32,000 bases of DNA from Candidatus Heimdallarchaeota archaeon. Its GTDB lineage: Archaea; Asgardarchaeota; Heimdallarchaeia; Heimdallarchaeales; Kariarchaeaceae. The position numbers were made by a program, and so were the translations under genes. The notes under the pieces were generated by a model that ran no database searches, had not been told where the DNA came from, and saw only the letters and a program-made list of their open reading frames with translations. This document shows positions 9,498-19,299 of this stretch, piece by piece. Where the stretch lies: assembly GCA_030149205.1 (NCBI GenBank), contig JASBSB010000006.1:1-32000 (forward strand), written 5' to 3'. Numbering within the stretch: position 1 is the stretch's first letter; the number at the start of each line of letters is the position of its first letter.

Positions 9498-10289
9498 ATG
9501 ATAAATTCAGAAATAATATTAGGAGAATTCGGAGAAATAATACAAGGGAAAAACAACAAATTCGGTAAAAATGTAATGGTGTTAGGAAAACTTAAAATCG
9601 GAAAAAATAACCACATTGGAAATAACGTTGTTTTCTCAGGCAATGTAACAATCGGAGACGGAAATTTCATTGGAGATTTTGCGACTATTGGGTCATTACC
9701 ACACCATTCTAGAAAAAAATATGAATTTTCAAATGAATTTTTGGATGGAAGCCTATCAATTGGTGACCAAAATATTTTTAGAAATTTTATAACAATAGAT
9801 TTGCCGATAGAGACGAAAACAGAAATTAAAAACCGCAATTTTTTTATGAGTTATATTTACATTGGACATGACAGTAAAATTTTTAACGAGTGTATTCTAA
9901 GCTCACACGTAAAATTGGGAGGTTTTACTAAAATAAACTCAAGTTCTAATTTGGGAATGGGTGTTTCAGTTCATCAATTTTCAACTCTAGGTGCCTTTTC
10001 AATGATTGGAATGAATGCAACTGTAATAAAAGACCATCCACCATTTTTAGTAAGTGTTGGAACACCAGCAGTTCCAAAAAAAATTAATACATATGCACTT
10101 CAAAAAGGTGGTTTCGAGGAAAAACATATTAGATTTATAGAAAAATTCTATCGAAATTTAACTCTTGGAGGGAAATTCACATCAGAATTAGCTCATTGCC
10201 CAAAACAATTAAAACTCTTTTTTGTTGAGTTCCTAAATCAAAGAGTTGAATCTAGAGAAATGGTAGACCTATCCAACATAAACAAATAG
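9498..10289 (+). CDS. LpxA-like left-handed beta-helix acyl/acetyltransferase
   Basis: Hexapeptide repeats (IGKNNH, IGDGNF, IGDQNI). Colinear with LpxA landmarks: IGHDS (catalytic His), VHQF, KDHPPF, INTYALQKGGF and a C-terminal helical domain. Confidence 0.8.
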   Translation: MINSEIILGEFGEIIQGKNNKFGKNVMVLGKLKIGKNNHIGNNVVFSGNVTIGDGNFIGDFATIGSLPHHSRKKYEFSNEFLDGSLSIGDQNIFRNFITIDLPIETKTEIKNRNFFMSYIYIGHDSKIFNECILSSHVKLGGFTKINSSSNLGMGVSVHQFSTLGAFSMIGMNATVIKDHPPFLVSVGTPAVPKKINTYALQKGGFEEKHIRFIEKFYRNLTLGGKFTSELAHCPKQLKLFFVEFLNQRVESREMVDLSNINK

Positions 10290-10520
10290 TTTGTTGATTT
10301 AAATTATTGGAGTCTTCCATTAGAGTTTTTCAAATTAGTAATTATAAGAAAAAACGAGATTGAATAGACTGTCTTCAAAAGTACATTTGAAATAGAACCT
10401 AGGGAGTATAAAATTTAAAATTTGAAACAAAAGTAAAAAATTAGTTTTTAAACTTTTAATATAAAAAATAATACTTCTTTGAGGAAATTAATAAATCGTT
10501 TTAATTTTCAAAGCAAAAAA

Positions 10521-11648
10521 TCATTGATTTCCAATAAAATAGTCTTCTATTATACTTTTATAAACTTTTTCTGTTTTCTCCATTTCAATTTTATAATTAA
10601 ATTTTTTCAATACAAGTTCCCTGTTATTCTTTCCCATTTTTAATCCAAATTCCTTGTGATCAAGGAATTCTAAGATTCTTTCAGAAAGGGTTTTGAAATC
10701 ACCAAAACCAAATTGTAAAAAGTTCACATTAACTTTCATTCCGTTTTCTTCAGTGTCAGGATGTCCTGTGAAAATAACAGGCAACTCCATACTCATCGCC
10801 TCTAAAACACTTATTGGAACACCACCATCAGTTAAGGATGTTGACACAAAAATATCTGCTATTTTAAGGTATTTGACCATTTCCTTTTGATTAAGGTACC
10901 CCACAAAATTAACAAATTTAGTTAGATTTAACGTGTTTACTAAATTTTTTAGATTATTAAGTTCTGAACCTCGTCCAGCTAAAATAAATAAGACATTTGA
11001 TTGTTTTTTAATAACTAACGGAATTGCTTTGATTAACGTTTTCACATCGTATATATCATAAAAATTTCTGTTTGAAAAAATTATATACTTTTCTTCAGCA
11101 TTTAATATTTTCTTCAAGCTATTGTTTTTTGGGATGGGGGAAAAAATTTTAACATCAACTCCAAAGTGAGAATGAAACATTTTATCTTTTGGAGCACCTA
11201 AACTAATTAGTGCATTTCGAGTCACACCTCCAAAATATTGAAAATATTCGGATCTAGATACTGTAAATTTAGCCATCCACCTGTATAACAAATTATTACT
11301 AATTTCTTGTAAAACATCACTTCCCCATGCAGTCAATATAGTTTTGGTATAATTCCCTAAAGCTAAAAGGAAACCATATTTTATCACATAATGTGAATGA
11401 ATAATATCTGGTTTAATTTCATTTATGATACTTCTTATTTTTGATTTAAAATAAAAAATTTTTAAATATTTTGTATACTTATTACAGTTTAAAATATGGA
11501 TGTTAACTCCAGGAATTTCTTCGTAATCTGTTTGAAGAACAATTAGGTGTACTTCGTAGTGTTTCTCGACAAAGTACAAAACGAATTTTTTTGTATGTGG
11601 CATAGTAGCATCTGCCAGAAAACAAATTTTCATATTTCGAGAAAACAT
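10521..11648 (-). CDS. Glycosyltransferase family 4 (GT-B fold)
   Basis: PDIIHSHY, TAWGSDV, FSNRNFYDIYD, LAGRGSE, FVGYL, GVPISVLEAMSMELPVI. Confidence 0.92.
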   Translation of the reverse strand: MFSRNMKICFLADATMPHTKKFVLYFVEKHYEVHLIVLQTDYEEIPGVNIHILNCNKYTKYLKIFYFKSKIRSIINEIKPDIIHSHYVIKYGFLLALGNYTKTILTAWGSDVLQEISNNLLYRWMAKFTVSRSEYFQYFGGVTRNALISLGAPKDKMFHSHFGVDVKIFSPIPKNNSLKKILNAEEKYIIFSNRNFYDIYDVKTLIKAIPLVIKKQSNVLFILAGRGSELNNLKNLVNTLNLTKFVNFVGYLNQKEMVKYLKIADIFVSTSLTDGGVPISVLEAMSMELPVIFTGHPDTEENGMKVNVNFLQFGFGDFKTLSERILEFLDHKEFGLKMGKNNRELVLKKFNYKIEMEKTEKVYKSIIEDYFIGNQ

Positions 11649-11678
11649 AAAAATTTAATAAGGGTTAGGGTTTTTAAC

Positions 11679-12716
11679 TTATGGTTTAAGAATATTTTTG
11701 AGATTTTGATAAATCTGTTTTAAGTCAAGTAAGTTTTGTGGGTCATTGGAAGAGTATCTAACATTTTCAGATTTATGAAATCCAAATGGAAAATATACCT
11801 CTAGATGTTTATTTAATTCATTTGCTTTGTGAGTTAAAGGAAACAAAATTAACATCTCATTACTTTCTAAAACAAAATCTAAACTAGAATCCAAAATTAA
11901 CTCTTCATATAGTTTTTCACCAGGTTTTTTTCCAGTTAACAAAAACTCATTTTGGTCTATATTTTTGATTTTTAAATAGGAATTAGCCAAATCACCAATT
12001 TTCACAGAAGGCATTTTTAATATAAATATCTCTCCTTTATTTACTATCGTTGACGCTTTAAGTACAAGCTCTACACTTTCAGGTATAGTCATAAAAAACC
12101 TTGTCATTTTTGGGTCAGTCACTGTAATTTTTTCATTATTTTGAATCTGTTTCTCCCAAATTTCAATAACCGATCCTCTTGAGGCAATAACATTACCAAA
12201 TCGAACTATCCCAAATTTAGTTGAAATATTGAATTTTGAAGTTGCTGCTGCACTAATCAACCGTTCAGCTACAAGTTTGGTGGCACCCATTAAATTTGAT
12301 GGGTTAACAGCCTTGTCTGTTGAAATTAGAATTACCTTCTCTATTTTGTTTTTTATTGCACATTCTATAATGTTTTGAGTTCCTAAAATATTAGTTTTTA
12401 CTGCCTCAATTGGATTATATTCGCAAAGAACAACATGCTTTAAAGCTGCTGCATGAAAAATTATATCTATATTTTCTGTTAAATCCATCAACCGTTCTTT
12501 GTCTCTAATATCAGCTAAGTAATATTGGACATGAATTAGATCAGCTTTGTCTAACTCTAAAGTTTTATAAAAAATTTCAGTTTCTCTATTATCTAATATT
12601 AATAATCTCTTAATTTTAAATTTGGATATTCTGGCAGCAAGTTGATTCCCTATGCTTCCCAACCCACCAGTTATCAACACAGATTTGTTTTCAAATTCAG
12701 AACCTAGATTATCCAC
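11679..12716 (-). CDS. UDP-GlcNAc 4,6-dehydratase, CapD/PglF/WbpM type, soluble catalytic domain only
   Basis: LITGGLGSIG, FHAAALKHV, KTNILGTQN, ISTDKAVNP, MGATK (Met at the usual Tyr position), VRFGNVIASRGSV, MTRFFM, KPGEKLYEEL. Confidence 0.9.
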   Translation of the reverse strand: MDNLGSEFENKSVLITGGLGSIGNQLAARISKFKIKRLLILDNRETEIFYKTLELDKADLIHVQYYLADIRDKERLMDLTENIDIIFHAAALKHVVLCEYNPIEAVKTNILGTQNIIECAIKNKIEKVILISTDKAVNPSNLMGATKLVAERLISAAATSKFNISTKFGIVRFGNVIASRGSVIEIWEKQIQNNEKITVTDPKMTRFFMTIPESVELVLKASTIVNKGEIFILKMPSVKIGDLANSYLKIKNIDQNEFLLTGKKPGEKLYEELILDSSLDFVLESNEMLILFPLTHKANELNKHLEVYFPFGFHKSENVRYSSNDPQNLLDLKQIYQNLKNILKP

Positions 12717-12833
12717 ATTTTTTTATAAATTGTTGAAATATAGATATTTCTATACATTTTAGCAATTTTAATGAATTAGGTAGTTACCGAAATAAACACA
12801 TACGAAATTTTTTTTCCATCTTGGAATAATATT

Positions 12834-14111
12834 TTAATTATTCTTTTTAAATTTTATAAGGAAAGGATATTGTAAAATACCAGAAAGAAAAAAGTAAAGA
12901 GCTAGAATTAACAATATGTCTGAAAAACTATTGGGTCTCAAAATTAACATTAATAAGAGGAATACAATGGCTGAAACACTTTTTGAAACAGTGTCTAATA
13001 AAAATTTATCAATACCAAATGAAAACCCAGAAATTGTAACAGAAAAAATCAAGAATAATACAATTAAACTAACAACAGCTAAATTATCTAAACTTAAGAT
13101 GATTTGAAGACCAAAATATGAAATCACTTCAGAATAGATGTTGAAAAGTTTTAAAATATAAAAAAATGTTAAATCAATGATAACTAAAGGTATAAGAACC
13201 TTATAAACTAAAATTGTTAAAAATTTTTTAGGGTTTGCTATGTGCTGAGCAAAAATTAGTAGACTTGAACTCAAGTTAGAAGCAAGAAGTGATCCTAATG
13301 AAATTATTAAAACTACTAGATCAAAAACAGGTACTTTAGATTTCCCCAGAACTGATTCAATATAGAGTGCGATTAGTAAAAATAATCCTTGAAATATGAA
13401 ATCAGAAAAAAGAATGTACTTAGATCTTTTCAATAACTTATAAATTATTTTTAAATCAAATTTACCTGTTCTCAAGGCAGGTAAAATATCAAGTTTAGAT
13501 ATCAAGAAAAAAGGAATAACAATTTGGGGAATTAAATAAGAGTAATAAAATAAAGTATAATGATCAGTATTTATTGATAAAATGATAATTAAAACCCCAA
13601 GAAATCTTAAAATTCCAGTCACTGCGTTAAGAGTTGAGACATAATTGATCTGATCAAATGCTTTTAATATTGCAGAAAAATTTATCATCAAAGATTGGAG
13701 CAAAAGTGCAACACTAAATGTAATTGTCAACAAAATATTCATTTTAAAATATAAACTTACACTAGCAAGTAAAATACTTAATATTAATGAATAAGTAAAA
13801 TTAAATACAAACAAAGTTTTAACCAAATTTAGATTGAAAATTATAAAATCGGGAGTTTGATTAACCTTTTTTTCACCTGAACTGTTGAATGTTTTACCAC
13901 CTAAAATTTGCATAATAGGAGCATAAAAATCTAGATGAGAAAACACTAAAAACAAATTAAAGTAATACAAAACAATTAAAAAATTGCTGTAAATTAAAGA
14001 AGGAATAAACTGAATCATTAAAAACCTGACAATAAAAGAAAAGCCTTGCAAGGCAAAAGAACCTAAAAATAACGAGAATGAGTATTTGAATATTTTAGTC
14101 CTAAGTGACAA
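12834..14111 (-). CDS. Multi-pass membrane protein, probable oligosaccharide flippase (Wzx/MOP superfamily)
   Basis: 425 aa with about 12 hydrophobic segments, first gene of a minus-strand run of glycan genes. The call rests mainly on context and topology. Confidence 0.65.
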   Translation of the reverse strand: MSLRTKIFKYSFSLFLGSFALQGFSFIVRFLMIQFIPSLIYSNFLIVLYYFNLFLVFSHLDFYAPIMQILGGKTFNSSGEKKVNQTPDFIIFNLNLVKTLFVFNFTYSLILSILLASVSLYFKMNILLTITFSVALLLQSLMINFSAILKAFDQINYVSTLNAVTGILRFLGVLIIILSINTDHYTLFYYSYLIPQIVIPFFLISKLDILPALRTGKFDLKIIYKLLKRSKYILFSDFIFQGLFLLIALYIESVLGKSKVPVFDLVVLIISLGSLLASNLSSSLLIFAQHIANPKKFLTILVYKVLIPLVIIDLTFFYILKLFNIYSEVISYFGLQIILSLDNLAVVSLIVLFLIFSVTISGFSFGIDKFLLDTVSKSVSAIVFLLLMLILRPNSFSDILLILALYFFLSGILQYPFLIKFKKNN

Positions 14112-14224
14112 TATTCAATTTAATTCAATAAATGATATAAACTTTCTAATATAATTGAAAATTTTTTTCTGGAACAATATGAATTTGAGTTATCAGCGAA
14201 CTGAAAAATTCCAATTCAATTCAA

Positions 14225-15568
14225 CTAGGAAGGTATCCACACGGTATAGCTTTGTGGTGGTGCCCAGATCTCCACCCAGCCGTTTGAGTCAACCCATTCG
14301 CTGTTTGCCCTACCTGTTCCATCAGTCAGCAACTGGTCTGTCCATTTGGTGTGTACCCACTCTCCCTTCCAGGTGTTTCCGTCATTCATCATCAGTATAA
14401 GCCCAGGCTGTGAGCCGTAACCGTTTCGCTGCATGATATACAGGTCACCATCACTGTACAGCGTGCTGGTTGTCCCACCAGCGTAACCCTGTCGGAGAGA
14501 GATCAGGTTATTGATTGCAGATTTGAATCCCCAGTCAAAGTAGTCCCTCCAGAAGACTGTTGGGTACCCCTCGCTGAGTAGGATGAATGCGTATGCCATC
14601 TCCTTCATGGTAAAGATCTCATTTGTGTCATGGTTAGCGACAAATGTGGCGGTATTTAGTGGGTTTGTTGAGATAAGTCCAGCCGTGGCAAGATCTGCCA
14701 TGTTGTAGTATCCATTTCCCTCGCTCATATCTCTGAGTGCGTAATACAGTGGAAAATCGAATACTGAGGCGGTCCATCCAGCTCCACTGAGCCAGTTCTG
14801 CAGTGTTGCCTTGTTGGTGTCCCAATACTCACCGACCCCATATCCTCCGACTGTGTTCATCCAGTCCTTGACCATCCAAGAGTGGTATCCCTTGACATAG
14901 TCGAAGCGCCAATCAGTGAACCCAATGGTATCCCTGAGCCAAAGACCCCAGTCCAAGAACTGAGATCGAACGTACGGATTTGCGTGGGCAAGGTCAGGGA
15001 AACCGCCAAATGTCCCCTCATCATATGCCTCATACGTGGATGGGTGAAAATCATTGTACCCACGCAGGAACTTTCCACTTGCAACACCGCTAAAGTCGGT
15101 GTAGGTGTATGAGTTGGTGTTTGGGTTCCACTCTGACTGACCGCCACTGTTATGATTCATGACGATGTCTGCGGTCACATGGAGACCGTATGATTTGGCG
15201 GTTGATATGAGAGTGAGGAGATCCTGCTTGGTGCCAAATCTGGTTGGAATGGAACCCTTCTGGTTGTATTCTCCCAGATCATAATAGTCATATGGGTCGT
15301 ATCCCATTGAGTACCTTCCATTCATGGTCTTTGATGGTGGTGGGAGCCAGATGTTGTCAAAGCCAGCGGCAGAAATCTCTGAGAGCTTGGGGGTGACCTG
15401 GGTGTACCAGTCGAGTGGCACATCCCAGTAGAAAGATTGTAACATGACCCCAGAACCGAGCGATTTCAAGGTCGCTGCATTCGAGTTTAGGGTTGTCACA
15501 TGTAAGCTTGGTCCAATCATAATGAAAAGAACCAAGAAACTGAGTACCTTAAGTTTCATGTGTTTCAT
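14225..15568 (-). CDS. amyA: Secreted alpha-amylase, GH13 (GH13_7 / Thermococcales-Bacteroidota type)
   Basis: Signal-peptide-like N-terminus. [47 protein letters not shown]; catalytic WRFDYVKG (D), GEYWD (E) and ANHD (D). Confidence 0.95.
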   Translation of the reverse strand: [447 protein letters not shown]

Positions 15569-16564
15569 GAGTGGGATTATGTATCACTTACTACCTTATG
15601 AGCTTTTTTTACACTAACTGCAGAATCAGGAAATATCCATTGAATTAAAGGTGAATCTGGCAATTTCTAGAAACGAAACCATCCCTATGTTTCACCAATA
15701 TGGAAAACAGAGTCCAAGCTACTATCAATTTACAATAAATTTTTAGAATCTGGTTATCATATGTTTAATTTAATAATTTCCGATTCCTGAAAAAATTTAA
15801 GGGAGTTTCTGGTATATCCCGTGGTTTCTTAACATTTCCTGGGATTTCTATTGGTCATAAAACCTCCATAGTATCAATAATGTTGCAGAATTTCATAATA
15901 TCATTAATTCCACGGTCTGTAAAATTTGAAATATTTTCACAAATCATAAGACATCTGTAACAATTTCTATTTGTTTTGATCAATTTCAAGTATTACAAGT
16001 TGAAGCTTCTAGATTGAGTGAATTTAAGGGTGTGTGGAAGATGGAAATTAACAGTGGAGGATAATAGGGTAATACTGAAGGAATAGAATCGAAAGATGAA
16101 AACACCTTTGGCTGGTGAAAGTGACGTAGATGATGAGTACAAGTTTGAAATTGATGGCTAAAATTGGGAATATTTGATTTAGATAAAGAATTTTTGAAGG
16201 TTGAAAGTATGATGGAGATAAGCAAGCCTTAATTATTGTTCCCTATAGACCACATCAATAAATTTTCTACTTGACACGTTAAATTAATACCATAATACAT
16301 TGAATTATCTATTTGACAAGTGAAGTTTAATACACTGAAATCCTATAATAATAATTAAACTTAGGACTAACAAGATTCATAATGTAATATCAATTAGGAT
16401 TATAATATATCGTAATTTTACAATAATTCAATCATTTCAATAGAACAGTGAATAAATGCAAACAAAATAATACAAACACGTGCATTATTTCTATTTTTCT
16501 GCGTGATGTTAATATACTATATTTGCTATAGTTTATATGACTGGCAAACAGTCGGTGAAACATC

Positions 16565-17077
16565 ATGAGTGATAAAGTAATTGATGGAACTACAGGAGCA
16601 GAAAAGGCATCCTTTGCACTGCTTCGTATTGGATTAGGCTGGATATTTTTCTGGGCCTTCATAGACAAGATGTTTGGACTTGGGTTTGCAACAAAACCTG
16701 GAAGTTCTTATCTGAATGGTAAATCAGTAACAGAGGGATTCTTAAAATTTGGGACAAAGGGTAAATCACTCCACGACTTCTACGCTTCAATAGCGGGGAA
16801 TCCAGTGGTAGATTTATTATTCCTCCTGGGTTTACTTGGTATTGGACTTGCCTTAATTTTGGGTATTGGTTTGAGAATTGCTGGTGTTTCTGGTATTATT
16901 TTGATGCTCCTTATGTGGTCAGCTCAGCTACCATTAACCAACAATCCTATTTTTGATGATCACATCATTTATGCCCTGATCCTCCTCTACTTCTTCTTTT
17001 CTCCAAAAGCTGGGGAATACTATGGACTTGGAACATGGTGGAAGGGTATTGTCGGAAACAACACCTGGTTACTTTAA
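16565..17077 (+). CDS. DoxX/DoxD-like membrane protein
   Basis: LLRIGLGWIFFWAFIDKMFG, GFL, ALILGIGLRIA, NNPIFDDHIIY match the DoxX pattern; 3-4 TM segments. Confidence 0.75.
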   Translation: MSDKVIDGTTGAEKASFALLRIGLGWIFFWAFIDKMFGLGFATKPGSSYLNGKSVTEGFLKFGTKGKSLHDFYASIAGNPVVDLLFLLGLLGIGLALILGIGLRIAGVSGIILMLLMWSAQLPLTNNPIFDDHIIYALILLYFFFSPKAGEYYGLGTWWKGIVGNNTWLL

Positions 17078-17257
17078 TTTAAGAAGCTAATTCCCATAAA
17101 ATTAAATTTAGATTAAGATATTATCAGGAAACTCTTAAAGTCAAGATTCTTTGAATTGTTAATTTTATAAAATGATTATTCAACAGTAATAATAATCCCA
17201 CAGGGTAGATTTCATAAATACAACTTTACCTTTTAATAGAATTATTTCGAGTATTAT

Positions 17258-17863
17258 TTGTTGACAGAATCTATAGCATTACACTCACAACAAGAACAGA
17301 TTAATCATTTCTTCACAATTGGTATGGACTATGAATCTTACAAAGATAGGAGTGAAACCAAGCGTCAAAAGATGTTAAAGACTGAGGATGCCACCAGAGA
17401 GCTTGTTAAGGGGATTTCTGATGAGTTGATTAGTTATCTTGACGTTCCCTTAAAGGTTCTCTGTTTTGCTGAGAACTGGTGTGGAGACTGTGCAAATGCA
17501 GTCCCCGTAATTGCAGCACTGACAGATAGAATTCCAGGTTGGGAGTTAAAGATTGTTCCGAAGGATGAGCATCTAGATACATTTAACCAGATCTACAAGA
17601 CAGCTGGAAAAAGCAAGATCCCGCTTATCATTTTTGCCGACGAGGAGGGTAATGAGATCACACGTTGGGTTGAAAGATCAACTCAGGGATATCGACTGAT
17701 GACTGAGCTGTTGTCTAAACATCTACCCAGAGACGAATTGATCACTGAATTGAGGGATAATCCAGAATTTAACCCACCAGAGGTTACTAAGCATATCTTC
17801 AATGAGCTACTGGTAGCTGGTGAGAAATCAGCAGCAATGTGGCGCTCTATACATCACAAATAA
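17258..17863 (+). CDS. Thioredoxin-fold protein with CGDC motif (Thioredoxin_9-like)
   Basis: VLCFAENWCGDC, VPVIAAL, KSKIP (cis-Pro), RWVER. TTG start uncertain. Confidence 0.85.
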   Translation: MLTESIALHSQQEQINHFFTIGMDYESYKDRSETKRQKMLKTEDATRELVKGISDELISYLDVPLKVLCFAENWCGDCANAVPVIAALTDRIPGWELKIVPKDEHLDTFNQIYKTAGKSKIPLIIFADEEGNEITRWVERSTQGYRLMTELLSKHLPRDELITELRDNPEFNPPEVTKHIFNELLVAGEKSAAMWRSIHHK

Positions 17864-18101
17864 TTCTAAATTCAGGTTAACTGGACCCCGCATATATTAC
17901 TCCCTTTGAGTGACCTACTATTTTCTGAGCAACACTAGTTGATGAATTGGAACCTTTTCTGTAAATCTATCAACAATGATTTCTCGAATTTATAAAGCGC
18001 TCGTGCTTAGTTATAATTTAAGTTGGACTTAGGTATGATTGACCATCGTAGGTTACAATTTCATATTACCAGTTATTTGAACCCCAATTTGGAAAACAAA
18101 T

Positions 18102-19025
18102 TTACTTTGTTGACTGAACTTTTTGTGATGATAAATTTCTATCTGCCGTGATGCTCGGTGGGAAGGCTTCCACAAAATCTAAGAATTTTCCAAGTTCGGT
18201 GAAATAATCTGGGTGTTCTGCCATCTGTGAATGAGAAGATTTGGGCACCACCCAGGTAAACACATCATTTCTGTCTTTGATTGTCTCAAAGTTTGGTTTA
18301 AAATGCTTTTCAACAGTGAACCAATCATCCTCAGCACCATGTATGAGGAAAATAGGTGCTTTTATCAATGGCAATAGTCTGCTTGGCCTATTTTCCTCAA
18401 AGGGAAGATTCAGTCTGAACAAGAGCTTTGCAACCCACAGAAACATAAATCGAGGTAGATTTGCCTTTGTGATGGTATCAACAACCATGTCATAGTAATT
18501 GTTTACAAGTGCCTCTGCAACAAGTGCTCTTACATGCACTTTTGAGGCGGCGATTGTTCCTGCTATTGCACCAACCGATAGTCCATGAATTAATGGGTTA
18601 TCTAATCCTTCAGCCTCTATCACCCGCTGTGCATCCTCAGCATAGGTGAATCCCTGCGAGGTGATAGTATACTCACTCTGCCCATGACTTCTAGAATCTA
18701 CAAATACGAGTGAATATCTCCTCTTCCAGTAGATTGCTGCTCTTTCAACCATTCTTGCTGAGTTTCTCCCAAAGCTGTGAAGTAGCACAACCCAGTCATC
18801 TGGATTCTTCTGTTGTGGATTCTCACACACCCAGTAGACAATTCTAGGGTTCTCCAGGGCTTTTCTGGTTTGTGTTCCTTCTTCAAGGCCATAGGGTATT
18901 GTATACTTTTTTGATCTCCAAACCAGGAGATTGTTCATGAAGAATGCGGAGAATATGAGCACCATGAACAGATAGATGACCAGAATTGTCAGGCTAATTG
19001 AGAGAATGAGTGTGGTCAGATTCAC
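18102..19025 (-). CDS. Membrane-anchored alpha/beta hydrolase
   Basis: N-terminal TM helix; VLLHSFG, DSRSHGQS, HGLSVGA nucleophile elbow, LIHGAEDD, SSH candidate triad residues. Confidence 0.85.
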   Translation of the reverse strand: MNLTTLILSISLTILVIYLFMVLIFSAFFMNNLLVWRSKKYTIPYGLEEGTQTRKALENPRIVYWVCENPQQKNPDDWVVLLHSFGRNSARMVERAAIYWKRRYSLVFVDSRSHGQSEYTITSQGFTYAEDAQRVIEAEGLDNPLIHGLSVGAIAGTIAASKVHVRALVAEALVNNYYDMVVDTITKANLPRFMFLWVAKLLFRLNLPFEENRPSRLLPLIKAPIFLIHGAEDDWFTVEKHFKPNFETIKDRNDVFTWVVPKSSHSQMAEHPDYFTELGKFLDFVEAFPPSITADRNLSSQKVQSTK

Positions 19026-19299
19026 CTTGTTTCACACTAATATTCTATGATGATATAATAGATAAGTTTTTCCAACAGAGCAAGTTTCCTGATGAAAATA
19101 ACAATTTCATTGAAATTGAAAACAATACTGATTAGATACTACCAATTGTATTTGCAAGAATCTTGAGAAGCGAATTTTTATTTTGTAAAAAAACCTCTAA
19201 TATTACAAAAAATTTAATGAGGAGGTTTCATTCGAACTATTTCTAAAATCACATACAAAAACAATTCGCTGTTTCAAATCTTTGTGGTTCTTAGAAGTT

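Noticed and set aside
9498-10289. Bona fide lipid A biosynthesis
   Set aside because: No lpxC, lpxD, lpxB, fabZ or ACP gene in the window, several LpxA histidines are substituted, and the context is archaeal. Kept only as an LpxA-like acyltransferase.
15690-16250. Coding-like stretches with in-frame stops upstream of the amylase, including track ORF 15986-16225
   Set aside because: May be an eroded gene (minus strand ..CYRCLMICENISNF..*PIEIPG..), but no family motif recognised.
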